Of a stretch of 64,000 nucleotides of DNA, positions 1-10,125 are shown one piece after another. The stretch is from Lachnospiraceae bacterium. Lineage in GTDB: Bacteria; Bacillota; Clostridia; Lachnospirales; Lachnospiraceae. The stretch is taken from positions 15,884-79,883 of the forward strand of contig SVFS01000002.1 in the NCBI GenBank assembly GCA_015056725.1, given 5' to 3'. The translations under genes were made by a program, and so were the position numbers. Numbering within the stretch: the first letter of the stretch is position 1; every line of letters starts with the position of its first letter. The notes under the pieces are model-generated. The model ran no database searches. It saw only the letters and a program-made list of their open reading frames with translations, and was not told where the DNA came from.

Positions 1-1
1 T

Positions 2-784
2 ATGAAATGTAGTGAAATCATGGAATGTCTGGAGGAATTATCACCAAAGTCTTTTGCGGAAAGTTGGGATAATGTAGGACTTTTATGTGGCAGAAAAGAA
101 AAAGAGGTAAATTGTATTTATATTGCACTGGATGCTACAGGAGAGGTGATTGATGCAGCAATTGCGGCGAATGCGGATATGCTCATTACACACCATCCGA
201 TGATTTTTAAGCCATTAAAACAGATTCATTCAGATGATTTTATCGGAAACAGAATTTTAAAATTGGCAGAGCATGGTATCGCATATTACGCCATGCATAC
301 AAATTTTGATGTCATGGGAATGGCAGATGCTGTGGCCGACGAGTTAAATCTTCAGGATAGAAAAGTATTGATGGTTACTTATGAAGATGAAATTGCAAAA
401 GAGGGCATTGGAAGAATTGGGGCACTTCCACAGACCATGTCACTTGCAGAATGTGCACAATATGTAAAGAAAAGCTGCCAGATTGAGCATGTAAAAGTAT
501 TCGGAAATCCTGCGGATACCATGATAATGGCGGCTGTCTGTCCGGGGGCAGGAAAAAGCAGCATTGAAGATGCTATCAGACAGGGGGCTGATGTTCTGAT
601 AACCGGGGATATTGATCATCACGAAGGAATTGATGCCGTAGAAAGAGGGCTGGCAATTATTGATGCAGGACACTATGGTCTGGAAAAAATATTTGTACCG
701 TATATGCTTGAATATTGCAAACGGAAATTTGGAAATATGAAAGTGTATGCTGAAGCAGAACGGAATCCGTTTTGGATATTATAA
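2..784 (+). CDS. Nif3-like dinuclear metal centre protein (YqfO/DUF34 family)
   Basis: WDNVGL, THHP, HTNFD and DAGHY motifs typical of DUF34/NIF3. Confidence 0.9.
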   Translation: MKCSEIMECLEELSPKSFAESWDNVGLLCGRKEKEVNCIYIALDATGEVIDAAIAANADMLITHHPMIFKPLKQIHSDDFIGNRILKLAEHGIAYYAMHTNFDVMGMADAVADELNLQDRKVLMVTYEDEIAKEGIGRIGALPQTMSLAECAQYVKKSCQIEHVKVFGNPADTMIMAAVCPGAGKSSIEDAIRQGADVLITGDIDHHEGIDAVERGLAIIDAGHYGLEKIFVPYMLEYCKRKFGNMKVYAEAERNPFWIL

Positions 785-796
785 GGAGAATGGTAT

Positions 797-2452
797 ATGA
801 GAATATGGGTTAACGATGAGGAAAAAACTTACCGTGAAGGGATTACATATGAGGAAATCGCAGCGGAGTATCAGGAGCACTATGATGGAATGATTGCACT
901 TGTAATTGCAGATGGAAAGATTTGTGAACTTCACAAAACAGCAGCTTCCGATAAGCACATTACTTTTATCACATATAAAGATGCAATCGGGCATAAAACC
1001 TATATGCGTACAGCAACCATGTTATTTCTGAAAGCAGTAACAGATGTTGTGGGGAAAGATATCAGCAAACGTCTAAAAATTGAGTTTGCAATCGGACCTG
1101 CATACTATTGCTCTAAAGAAGGTGATTATGAAATAACAGAAGAGCTGATACAGGCAATCAATGCCAAGATGAGAGAAATGGTGGAAGCAGAGCTGCCGAT
1201 TACAAAGACGTCGTTCCCGATGGATGATGCGATGGAACTTGTGACACAAAGGGGGATGCTGGACAAAGAAAAGGTATTTAAGTATCGTCGCAGTTCCTTT
1301 GTAAATATGTATTGTCTGAATGATTATTACGACTATTATTATGGTTACATGCTTCCGAATACAAAGTATGTAAAATATTTTGAAGTATTTGCCTATGACA
1401 AAGGTTATATGTTACTACTTCCGGACAGAAAAAACCCCACCAAGATGCCGAAGTTTGAAGAGAGAGAAAAACTGTTTAAAACGATGCAGAGAACAACGGA
1501 CTGGGCAGCAAATCTCGGTATTGAAATCGTGGGCGATTTAAATAATGCAATCTGTGACCAGAGAAAGTTTACGGAAATTATCTTTGCACAGGAAGCAGAG
1601 CAGGAAAGAAGAATAGCAGAAATTGCAACAACGATTTCCGAGCGTGGTCATGTAAAGTTTGTTATGATTGCCGGACCGTCTTCTTCCGGAAAAACTTCTT
1701 TTGCAAACCGTTTGTCTATTCAGCTTCGTTCTTTGGGTAAAAAACCGCATATTATCAGTCTGGATGATTACTTTGTAGACAGAGAAAAAACACCGAGAGA
1801 TGAAAAGGGTGATTATAATTTTGAATGTCTGGGAGCCATAGATGTAGAAGATTTTAACAACGATATGTTAAAGCTTCTGGCTGGAGAAACAGTAGAGCTT
1901 CCGCGTTTCAATTTCAAGACAGGAAAGCGGGAATATGACGGAAATGTAAAGACTTTGGGAGTCGATGATATTCTGGTAATAGAAGGCATTCATGGTCTGA
2001 ATCCGAAAATGTCTTATGCACTTCCGGAGGAGAGCAAATTTAAGGTATATATCAGCGCTTTGACAAGTTTAAATATTGATGATCATAATCGTATTCCGAC
2101 AACAGATGGCAGATTGCTTCGCCGTATGGTAAGGGATGCCAGAACAAGAGGGGCATCCGCTAAGAGAACGATACAGATGTGGCCATCAGTACGAAAAGGA
2201 GAAGAAGAAAATATTTTCCCGTTCCAGGAAGAAGCAGATGTGATGTTTAATTCTGCTCTGTTATATGAGCTGGCAGTATTAAAACAACACGCGGAACCGC
2301 TTTTGTTCGGTATTACGAAAGAGGAACCGGAGTATTATGAAGCCAAAAGATTATTACGGTTTTTAAATTATTTCTTGGGAATGGATTCGAATAATCTTCC
2401 GATCAACTCCATAGCAAGAGAATTTGTGGGAGGAAGTTGTTTTAACGTATAG
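797..2452 (+). CDS. Uridine/nucleoside kinase fused to a ThrRS-like N-terminal region
   Basis: P-loop AGPSSSGKT, SLDDYF, EGIHGLN and RRMVRD in the C-terminal half; N-terminal ~200 aa resembles ThrRS N1/N2 (TGS plus editing-like); RBS AAGGAG. Confidence 0.85.
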   Translation: MRIWVNDEEKTYREGITYEEIAAEYQEHYDGMIALVIADGKICELHKTAASDKHITFITYKDAIGHKTYMRTATMLFLKAVTDVVGKDISKRLKIEFAIGPAYYCSKEGDYEITEELIQAINAKMREMVEAELPITKTSFPMDDAMELVTQRGMLDKEKVFKYRRSSFVNMYCLNDYYDYYYGYMLPNTKYVKYFEVFAYDKGYMLLLPDRKNPTKMPKFEEREKLFKTMQRTTDWAANLGIEIVGDLNNAICDQRKFTEIIFAQEAEQERRIAEIATTISERGHVKFVMIAGPSSSGKTSFANRLSIQLRSLGKKPHIISLDDYFVDREKTPRDEKGDYNFECLGAIDVEDFNNDMLKLLAGETVELPRFNFKTGKREYDGNVKTLGVDDILVIEGIHGLNPKMSYALPEESKFKVYISALTSLNIDDHNRIPTTDGRLLRRMVRDARTRGASAKRTIQMWPSVRKGEEENIFPFQEEADVMFNSALLYELAVLKQHAEPLLFGITKEEPEYYEAKRLLRFLNYFLGMDSNNLPINSIAREFVGGSCFNV

Positions 2453-2492
2453 CATATGCCAAAAGAGAACTGCTTGGCAGGAGGAATTGAGA

Positions 2493-3260
2493 ATGTTTGA
2501 AGATCATACAGTAATGCTCATTGGTGCCGGCATGAATTATCTTTTAACAGCCATTAAAGACCGTTTAAATGAAACATCATTGACGGTTAGAGTGTCGGGG
2601 ATAGACATTGATACGATGAAAATTGACGATGATATCCGTGCCATTATTATTTATACAGATATTGATTTGATAAATAATCAGAAAGTACTTGTCTATTTAA
2701 AAGATATGGTGACAGAACGGGATATTCCGGTGTTTACTGTTGGCTCTGAAGAAGAGTTGGAAATTGTAAGAAATGCGATTCCGGAACATCTGTTGATTGA
2801 AGAGTATAAAAGACCGGTAAATATAAAAGAACTATCGGAAAACATTGAGAAATATGTATTACAGATGAATGTTACTGAAAAGAAAAGGATTCTTGTAGTA
2901 GATGATTCTAGTGTGATGCTTCATAATCTGAAAGGGTGGCTTGAAGATAAGTATCAGGTGGCTCTGGCGAATTCCGGAATTACCGCGATTAAGAGTATCA
3001 CAAAGATGAAACCGGATTTGCTTTTGCTGGATTATGAAATGCCGATTGTAGATGGAAAACAGATTATGCAGATGCTTCGTTCAGAAATAGAGTTTGCGGA
3101 TATTCCGATTATTTTCCTGACAGGAAAGGGAGACAGAGCAACGGTAATGGAGGTTATGGCACTTAGACCGGATGGATATCTTTTAAAGAGTATGCGCCCG
3201 GATGAGATTGTTCAGGCAATAGATGATTTTTTTGCTAAACAGAAGGACACATTTATATAA
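2493..3260 (+). CDS. Response regulator with C-terminal receiver and no DNA-binding output
   Basis: ILVVDDS...LLDYEMP...FLTG...YLLK receiver motifs; start moved to ATG 2493 after GGAGG. Confidence 0.8.
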   Translation: MFEDHTVMLIGAGMNYLLTAIKDRLNETSLTVRVSGIDIDTMKIDDDIRAIIIYTDIDLINNQKVLVYLKDMVTERDIPVFTVGSEEELEIVRNAIPEHLLIEEYKRPVNIKELSENIEKYVLQMNVTEKKRILVVDDSSVMLHNLKGWLEDKYQVALANSGITAIKSITKMKPDLLLLDYEMPIVDGKQIMQMLRSEIEFADIPIIFLTGKGDRATVMEVMALRPDGYLLKSMRPDEIVQAIDDFFAKQKDTFI

Positions 3261-3295
3261 AAACAGATGATGAAGTAAAGGAACAGAAAATAAAT

Positions 3296-3655
3296 ATGGA
3301 TACATATTCTTTTGAACAGTTGGACATTTCATTAGGAATGGAATACGCACTTAATAAGAAACCGTTTTATATTGATACTTTGGAAATCTATTTGGAAGAA
3401 ACTGCTCAATCTGAAATAGAATTGAAAGAGTTCATGGATGCCGGAGACATGCAAAATTATGCGATTTCAGTACATGCCTTAAAGAGTAATTCAAGGATTG
3501 TTGGGGCGGTTGAAATGGGGAATTTTGCTGAGAGTATGGAAAGAAGCTCTAAAGCGGGAGATTTGCAGTATGTGAGGGAGCATCATTATGAATTGATGGA
3601 CCTTCTGGAAAACGTAAGGACAGAAATTCGTGCATATTTAAAGGCGCAGGAATAA
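3296..3655 (+). CDS. Hpt (histidine phosphotransfer) protein
   Basis: VHALKSNSRIVGA Hpt motif. Confidence 0.85.
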   Translation: MDTYSFEQLDISLGMEYALNKKPFYIDTLEIYLEETAQSEIELKEFMDAGDMQNYAISVHALKSNSRIVGAVEMGNFAESMERSSKAGDLQYVREHHYELMDLLENVRTEIRAYLKAQE

Positions 3656-3657
3656 AG

Positions 3658-3686
3658 TTGACAAGCGTTAGAAAATTGTTTAGTCT
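3658..3686 (+). promoter_or_regulatory. sigma70/sigmaA promoter of rnpB
   Basis: TTGACA-N17-TAGTCT just upstream of the RNA 5' end. Confidence 0.7.
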
Positions 3687-3693
3687 AATAAGG

Positions 3694-4033
3694 CTTAAGT
3701 AGAATAAATGATCGCGGCTGTTTTAGGACAGGTGAGGAAAGTCCGGGCTTCATAGGGCAGGATGCCGGATAACGTCCGGTGGAGGTGACTCCAAGGCTAG
3801 TGCAACAGAAATAAACCGCTACTAAATGGTAGTAAGGGTGGAAAGGCAGTGTAAGAGACTACCGTCCGGCTGGTAACAGACGGAGCCATGTAAACCCCAT
3901 CCGAAGCAAGACCAAAAAGAAAACCATAGATTTGCCCGATCTGTTTTCAGGTGGGTCGCTTGAAACTGCTGGTAACAGTAGTTCTAGATAGATGATCATT
4001 CACGACATAACCCGGCTTATCGTTCTGCTTAAG
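3694..4033 (+). ncRNA. rnpB: RNase P RNA, class A
   Basis: Conserved GAGGAAAGTCCGGGC, AGTGCAACAGAAA, TAAACCCC..GAAGCAA and AACCCGGCTTAT; P1 pairing cttaagtagaat/gttctgcttaag. Confidence 0.97.
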
Positions 4034-4049
4034 AATTATAAAATACATT

Positions 4050-4083
4050 AAAAAGTTCCGATGATGCAAAATCGGAACTTTTT
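4050..4083 (+). terminator. Intrinsic terminator after rnpB
   Basis: aaaagttccgat/atcggaactttt hairpin with T tract. Confidence 0.8.
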
Positions 4084-4103
4084 AAATTAAGGTATGAGAG
4101 AAA

Positions 4104-4883
4104 ATGCGAAAAGAGAGAATATATATTGCGATAACGATTGTTATTTATTGTTTGCTTATGTCAGGATGTGGAAAAACTGATAGTAATCAGGTCAGTAGCA
4201 TTGAAAAATTGCAAGATTCCACAACAGAGCAACAGATAGGGAAAATGAATAAAGAGGAAAGAAATGAAACGTTAGATAAGTTTACTTTAAAGGAAAGAGA
4301 ACGGACATCAGCTGTTCATATAGAGTGCGGCGGGCATAGCGGTAGTGGTGTCATATGGAAGATAGAAGAAGATAAGATTGTGCTTATAGCCAACAGGCAT
4401 TTGTTAGAAAGATCTGATAAAGCAGAGGTTTCATTTGCAACAGGAGTTTATTATGAAGCAGAAGTCTTGTATCTTTCAGAACAATATGATTTTGGAATGG
4501 CTGTGATTGACAGGGCTGTGATGGATGAAGAAGATGTGGAAGCACTGTCAGAAGTGTCTTATAGCATTGTTTCAAAAGAGGATTTGGTTGTCGGAGAACC
4601 ATTATTTATTCTCACTTCTAAAGAATATCCGGCAGATGATATTTTGGAAGGAGCTTTGGTTGAGACATCAAGCATGGTTGAATTAGAGCAGCTTCATGCA
4701 TCACAGGAGATGATACTTGGAAGATTGCCGGATACGGAAGAAAAGAATGTGCAGGCAGGGATGTCCGGTAGTGGTGTTTATGATGAAGACGGAATGCTGT
4801 TAGGGATTTTGTCAGGCGGAAACGGAGAGAAAGAATATATGGTTGTTCCGTTATGGAATATCTTGACAGTATTAGGAAATTAG
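4104..4883 (+). CDS. Trypsin-like serine protease, predicted lipoprotein
   Basis: Lipobox LMSGC; catalytic-triad motifs ANRH, YDFG, GMSGSG. Confidence 0.8.
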   Translation: MRKERIYIAITIVIYCLLMSGCGKTDSNQVSSIEKLQDSTTEQQIGKMNKEERNETLDKFTLKERERTSAVHIECGGHSGSGVIWKIEEDKIVLIANRHLLERSDKAEVSFATGVYYEAEVLYLSEQYDFGMAVIDRAVMDEEDVEALSEVSYSIVSKEDLVVGEPLFILTSKEYPADDILEGALVETSSMVELEQLHASQEMILGRLPDTEEKNVQAGMSGSGVYDEDGMLLGILSGGNGEKEYMVVPLWNILTVLGN

Positions 4884-4934
4884 AGGAAAATACGAAGTGG
4901 CGATTGGGAAAATCGCAGTATAAGGAGGATTAAC

Positions 4935-6104
4935 ATGGCAAAAATAGATATTATTTCAGGATTTTTAGGAGCAGGAAAAACAACACTTATTCAGAAATTA
5001 TTAAAAGAAGCACTGGCTGGAACAAAGGTTGTTTTAATTGAAAATGAATTTGGTCAGATTGGTATTGATGGCGGTTTTTTAAAAGATGCCGGTATAGAAA
5101 TAAAAGAAATGAATTCGGGATGTATCTGTTGCTCTCTCGTAGGAGATTTTGGGGCATCATTAAAAGAAGTATTGGATACTTATCAGCCGGAGAGAGTGTT
5201 GATAGAGCCATCCGGTGTTGGTAAATTGTCAGATGTTATGAAGGCAGTTGAAGATGTAAAAGCAGAAGATGTACAGCTTAACAGTGCAGTAGCAGTAGTA
5301 GATGCATCGAAAGCAAAATTGTATATTAAGAATTTTGGTGAATTCTTTGTAAATCAGATTGAACATGCAGGTACGATTATCTTAAGTCGTACAGGAACAA
5401 TGAAACAGGAAAAAATCGAACAGGCAGTAGCCATGATTCGTGAACATAATGAAAAAGCAACAATTATTACAACACCTTGGGATGATATTGATGGAAAAGA
5501 TATCTTATCTACAATAGAAGGTGCTAAAGATTTGGAAGCAGAGCTTATGGCAGAGGTTCTTCATCATCACGAGCATCATCACGACCATGATGAACATTGT
5601 ACATGTGGATGCCATGACCATCAGCATGAGCATGAAGAATGCCATCATGACCATCATCATGAGCATGAAGAATGTCATCATGAGCATCACCATCATGAGC
5701 ATGAAGAATGCCACCACGAGCATCACCATCATGAGCATGAAGAATGCCACCATGACCATCATCACCATGAGCATGATGAACATTGTACATGTGGTTGTCA
5801 CGATCATCACCACGACCATCATCATGCAGATGAAGTGTTTGGAAGCCTTGGATATGAAACACCTGCTAAGTACGAAAAAGCCGATATCGAACATATTTTA
5901 GAAGAAATCGAAAATGAAAAGACATATGGTATTGTACTTCGTGCAAAAGGTATGGTGCCATCACCGGACGGAAGCTGGATTTATTTTGATTATGTGCCGG
6001 GCGAAGCAAATGTACGAAACGGAAAACCGGATGTGACAGGAAAAATTTGTGTAATCGGTTCCGGATTAAAAGAAGATGCATTAAAAGAATTATTTGCAAA
6101 ATAA
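4935..6104 (+). CDS. COG0523/CobW-family metallochaperone GTPase with His/Cys-rich insert
   Basis: GFLGAGKT, ENEFG, GCICC, EPSG, LRAKG; long His-rich tract. Confidence 0.92.
   Translation: MAKIDIISGFLGAGKTTLIQKLLKEALAGTKVVLIENEFGQIGIDGGFLKDAGIEIKEMNSGCICCSLVGDFGASLKEVLDTYQPERVLIEPSGVGKLSDVMKAVEDVKAEDVQLNSAVAVVDASKAKLYIKNFGEFFVNQIEHAGTIILSRTGTMKQEKIEQAVAMIREHNEKATIITTPWDDIDGKDILSTIEGAKDLEAELMAEVLHHHEHHHDHDEHCTCGCHDHQHEHEECHHDHHHEHEECHHEHHHHEHEECHHEHHHHEHEECHHDHHHHEHDEHCTCGCHDHHHDHHHADEVFGSLGYETPAKYEKADIEHILEEIENEKTYGIVLRAKGMVPSPDGSWIYFDYVPGEANVRNGKPDVTGKICVIGSGLKEDALKELFAK
5562..5826 (+). repeat. Coding tandem repeat (27-30 bp units encoding HEHEECHH[D/E]HH[H])
   Basis: Four catgagcatgaagaatg[c/t]ca units flanked by two copies of catgatgaacattgtacatgtgg (HDEHCTCG). 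Confidence 0.9.
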
Positions 6105-6127
6105 GAAATGAATCATAGAGGAAGAAA

Positions 6128-7057
6128 ATGAAACCAGTTTATATTATTAACGGATTTTTAGATAGCGGAAAGACAGAATTTATCACATATACGTTAGGAC
6201 AGCCGTATTTTCAGGTGCGTGGTAAAACACTATTGATTGTCTGTGAAGAAGGCGAAAATGAATACGATGAAGCGTTGTTAAAAAAGAGCAATACGATTCT
6301 GGAACTTATTGAAGAGGAAGAAGAGTTTACTTCTGATAAGTTGATTGAATTAGAAAAGAAGTATAAACCGGAGCGTATTATTATTGAATACAATGGTATG
6401 TGGAATTTTAAAAACATGAAAATGCCGTGGCATTGGAAGGTAGAACAGCAGATTACATGCATCGATGCGTCTACTTTCCAGATGTATTATACAAATATGC
6501 GTTCTCTGCTGGCAGAGATGGTAAGAAAATCAGAAATGATTATTTTTAACCGTTGTGACGGCATCGAAGATTTAGCTTCCTATAAAAGAAATGTAAAAGC
6601 GGTTAATGCAGGTGCAGAGATTATTTTCGAAGATTCCAATGGAGAGATTGATGAAATTTTTGAAGATGATTTACCGTATAGTTTACAGGATAATCCAATC
6701 AAGTTAAATGATCAGGGATACGGTATCTTTTATCTGGACGCGATGGACCATATGGAGCGTTATGAAGGAAAGACGCTTGAATTTATAGCACAGGTAATGA
6801 TACCAAAAGGATTTCCAACGGATTACTTTGTGCCGGGAAGAATGGCGATGACCTGTTGTGCAGATGACATGACATTTCTTGGATATGCTTGTGAATATGA
6901 AGGTGCAACAAAATTGCAACAGAAAGATTGGGTAAAAGTTACTGCAACAATTCATACAGAATATTTTGCGGCTTATAATGGGAAAGGTCCTGTTTGGCAT
7001 GCCCTGTCAGTAGAAAAAGTAAAAGCACCTAAAGAAGAAGTAATATCTTTTGTATAA
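6128..7057 (+). CDS. Second CobW-like GTPase with C-terminal CCADD (TIGR03943-like) domain
   Basis: GFLDSGKT, CEEGENEY, EYNGMW; C-terminal MTCCADD. Confidence 0.8.
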   Translation: MKPVYIINGFLDSGKTEFITYTLGQPYFQVRGKTLLIVCEEGENEYDEALLKKSNTILELIEEEEEFTSDKLIELEKKYKPERIIIEYNGMWNFKNMKMPWHWKVEQQITCIDASTFQMYYTNMRSLLAEMVRKSEMIIFNRCDGIEDLASYKRNVKAVNAGAEIIFEDSNGEIDEIFEDDLPYSLQDNPIKLNDQGYGIFYLDAMDHMERYEGKTLEFIAQVMIPKGFPTDYFVPGRMAMTCCADDMTFLGYACEYEGATKLQQKDWVKVTATIHTEYFAAYNGKGPVWHALSVEKVKAPKEEVISFV

Positions 7058-7090
7058 AGTTAAATCTGGAATTAATAAAGGAGATTCGAA

Positions 7091-7873
7091 ATGTCAGAAG
7101 CTGAAAGAGAGCAGCAGTTGCTTGAAAAAAGGCTGGAAGATTTAGCTGAGAAAACGTACAGACAGAATGTCTATGCTTTTACAGGTTTTTTAAGTATGGC
7201 AGATATGAGTGTATTTCATGAAGTTAAATCACGATTTAACCACGTGGGGTATTCTGTTTTTGGAGAAGAGTTTGGATGTGAAAGACAGATAATCCGATTT
7301 GGGACAGAACAGCTTCTGGGATATACAGAACCGTTTCCGATTGCTTTGCTTATGTTATCTCCGCTTATGCAGAAATTTGCTGATAAACTGGGACATCGTG
7401 ATTTTCTCGGAGCAATTATGAATCTGGGAATTGAGAGAAGCACTATCGGTGATATTTTTATAAAAGATAATGTGGGATATGTTTTTTGTCTTGATTCTAT
7501 AGCAGAATATTTGGTTCAAAACCTTGATAAGATTAAGCATACCAATATTAAAATACAGAGAATTTCCATGGAGGAGGCTGAAAAATTTACAAAACCGGAG
7601 CTTGTGCCAAGTTTTGTTACAGCTGCTTCCCAGCGGATTGATGGTATTGTTTCCAAACTCTATAATTTATCAAGAACACAGAGTATAGAATTGTTTCGTG
7701 AGGGAAGAGTATTTGTCAATGGTCGTCTTTGTGAAAATAACAGCTGTTTTTTAAAGAAAGATGATGTGATTACGGTAAGAGGTTTTGGGAAGTTTATTTA
7801 TCAGGGAGTTCAAAGAGAAACGAAAAAAGGAAAACTGAGTATAGAAGTGTTGCAGTATGGACAGAAAAGCTGA
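7091..7873 (+). CDS. ylmH: YlmH/Sll1252-family S4 RNA-binding protein
   Basis: HRDFLGAIMNLGIER and S4 motif SQRID...SR...GRVFVNG...VRGFGK. Confidence 0.85.
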   Translation: MSEAEREQQLLEKRLEDLAEKTYRQNVYAFTGFLSMADMSVFHEVKSRFNHVGYSVFGEEFGCERQIIRFGTEQLLGYTEPFPIALLMLSPLMQKFADKLGHRDFLGAIMNLGIERSTIGDIFIKDNVGYVFCLDSIAEYLVQNLDKIKHTNIKIQRISMEEAEKFTKPELVPSFVTAASQRIDGIVSKLYNLSRTQSIELFREGRVFVNGRLCENNSCFLKKDDVITVRGFGKFIYQGVQRETKKGKLSIEVLQYGQKS

Positions 7874-7880
7874 CGGAGCA

Positions 7881-7923
7881 ACAAAAAAGAAACAGACATG
7901 TTTTATGTCTGTTTCTTTTTTGT
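7881..7923. terminator. Bidirectional terminator
   Basis: acaaaaaagaaacagacat/atgtctgtttcttttttgt between convergent genes. Confidence 0.85.
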
Positions 7924-7956
7924 ATATATGATGATAATGACTTTGTATGTTTTTTA

Positions 7957-9495
7957 TTATTGAGAATTTCTTTTATCCCAGTATTCACATTCAATACCAA
8001 CAATATCGGATGTGAACTTACTATTATCACTAGATTTGTAATGTTTTGTTGCTTTGAATACATATTTGCATCCGATATACAACAGTGGAATGTTGGCATA
8101 TACGATGAGGATATTGCCCAAATCGGAGATTGCCCAAAGATTACCCAAATCTGTACCTGCCATGGAACATAAAATACCAAATGAGGTAATTATGATACCA
8201 ATAATACGGATGGCATTGATGAAGGATTTTTTTCTGGTAATTCTGTTGGCTGCGATTTCTGAAAAACTGAAAAATCCTACTAAACAAGTAAATGCAAATA
8301 AACAGAAGCAGATGCTTATCAGGAAAATAGTAATCTGATCCAGAAGACCATTACCAGGAGATAATGCGGAAGCACTTGTTAAAAATTTAGGAAGCTTATC
8401 AAGTTCCATCCAAGTTGCTGAGTCAGTACCGGTCCAAAGATGAGCCATAACAACTACAAATCCTGTCAAAGTACAAATAACGATTGTGTCAAGGAAAACA
8501 CCGATAGACTGCACAATTCCCTGTTCACATGGATGTTCTGTATTAGCAGTAGCTGCGGCCATAGTAATCGTACCCTGACCAGCTTCGTTGCTCATAAGTC
8601 CACGTTTAATTCCCTGCACGAGACATGTTCCGAATACACCACCAAAGATTGCTTCAGGGGAAAACGCTCCGCCAAATACTGCCCCAAAGAAATAAGGAAT
8701 ACTTCCAATATTAGTAAGGACTAAGAGGAGCACGGTAATCATATAGATAACTGCCATGATTGGAACAGCAATATCTGTTACCTTTGTAACTTTTTTAATT
8801 CCGCCAAAAGCAAGGTATGCAGTGAATACAACTAAGATAACAGCTGTTATTATGTATAATGCTGAAGTTGTGGAGATACTATTACCACTTAAGATTTCGC
8901 CCATCTGTCCAACAGAGCTTACAACGTTAAAGCCTTGTGCCGGGAGACAACACATTGCATAAATGATAAACATCAAAGATAAAGCTACACCGATAAACAT
9001 TTTATTATTTAGTAATTTCTTTCCGTAATAAGGAAGACCACCAATGAATTCGTCATCCTTTTTTTCTTTGAACATCTGGGCCAGCGTTGCTTCGGTGTAT
9101 GCTGTTGACATTCCAAAAAATGCGGATAACCACATCCAGAATAATGCTCCGGGACCACCTATGGAAATAGCACCGGTTACGCCTAAAATGTTGCCGGGAC
9201 CAACTCGCATGGCAGAGCTTAAGAGGAAAGCACCCAGTGAGGAAATACCGGTTTCGTCACTTTTTTTCTTTGCTAAGAGCTTAATACCTTTTTTGAAGTG
9301 CGTAACCTGGATAAATCCTGTTTTAACAGAAAAGAAAATGCCGGAGCCGACAAGAAGTATGACTGCCAGCGAAAAGTTTCCGATAATGGGAATATTTGCA
9401 TACCAACTGAAATTGGTTGGGAAGTCCCATAGAAAATCAGAAACAGGAATGATGAATGAAAAAATATTGTTTATGGATTCAATGATTTGTTTCAT
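7957..9495 (-). CDS. Alanine/glycine:cation symporter (AGCS family)
   Basis: VGPGNI, GGPGALFWMW, SNEAGQG, DTIVICT motifs; many TM segments. Confidence 0.92.
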   Translation of the reverse strand: MKQIIESINNIFSFIIPVSDFLWDFPTNFSWYANIPIIGNFSLAVILLVGSGIFFSVKTGFIQVTHFKKGIKLLAKKKSDETGISSLGAFLLSSAMRVGPGNILGVTGAISIGGPGALFWMWLSAFFGMSTAYTEATLAQMFKEKKDDEFIGGLPYYGKKLLNNKMFIGVALSLMFIIYAMCCLPAQGFNVVSSVGQMGEILSGNSISTTSALYIITAVILVVFTAYLAFGGIKKVTKVTDIAVPIMAVIYMITVLLLVLTNIGSIPYFFGAVFGGAFSPEAIFGGVFGTCLVQGIKRGLMSNEAGQGTITMAAATANTEHPCEQGIVQSIGVFLDTIVICTLTGFVVVMAHLWTGTDSATWMELDKLPKFLTSASALSPGNGLLDQITIFLISICFCLFAFTCLVGFFSFSEIAANRITRKKSFINAIRIIGIIITSFGILCSMAGTDLGNLWAISDLGNILIVYANIPLLYIGCKYVFKATKHYKSSDNSKFTSDIVGIECEYWDKRNSQ

Positions 9496-9671
9496 AGCGC
9501 TCTCCTTTGATAAAATGGTCTTTTAATTTGTTTGTTTCAGTTTATGAAATGATTGTAACAAATTCATATGAAAATTTATATGACAATTGTGCTGTTAATA
9601 TTGCAAAAAGTGCGGAAAAGTAAAAGACTGCATTCCTTGTTTTGGAACAACAGTCTTTTGATGACTTTGGT

Positions 9672-10112
9672 TTATAATTTGTTTGTAGATGGTGAATATT
9701 TTTCTTCACAATATTTACAGCGGTATACTTTTTTATCAGCATCTGCAAGCGTAAAGATATTAGGAAGCTCCTGTTCAATAGAAGTGATGCAACGTGGATT
9801 ATGGCATTTGATGATGCCTTTGATTTCTTTTGGAAGATGCAGTGCCATTTTGTCTACAATATTGCCGTCTTTTATCACATTGACAGTAATGTTGTGATCA
9901 ATGAAACCAAGAATATCAAGATTTAAGGTATTGATATCGCATTCTACCTTTAAGATGTCTTTCTTACCCATTTTATTACTGCGGGCATTTTTGATAATTG
10001 CCACAGTACAATCCAGTTTATCAAGCTGGAGCTGATGATATATTTCAAGGCTCATACCTGCTTTGATGTGGTCAAGTACAAAACCCTCTTCAATTTGTCC
10101 TACATTTAACAT
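9672..10112 (-). CDS. pyrI: Aspartate carbamoyltransferase regulatory subunit
   Basis: G-VLDHI, KKDILK, Zn motifs CHNPRCIT and CKYCE; adjacent to pyrB. Confidence 0.95.
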   Translation of the reverse strand: MLNVGQIEEGFVLDHIKAGMSLEIYHQLQLDKLDCTVAIIKNARSNKMGKKDILKVECDINTLNLDILGFIDHNITVNVIKDGNIVDKMALHLPKEIKGIIKCHNPRCITSIEQELPNIFTLADADKKVYRCKYCEEKYSPSTNKL

Positions 10113-10125
10113 GTGCGTTACCTCC

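Noticed and set aside
2-784. Nif3 protein as a second GTP cyclohydrolase I
   Set aside because: That annotation for DUF34 is disputed, and a canonical folE is present in the window.
5505-5901. Met/Val-rich and His/Asp-rich alternative-frame ORFs
   Set aside because: Shadow frames of the stop-poor CAT/GAG His repeat inside the CobW-like gene.
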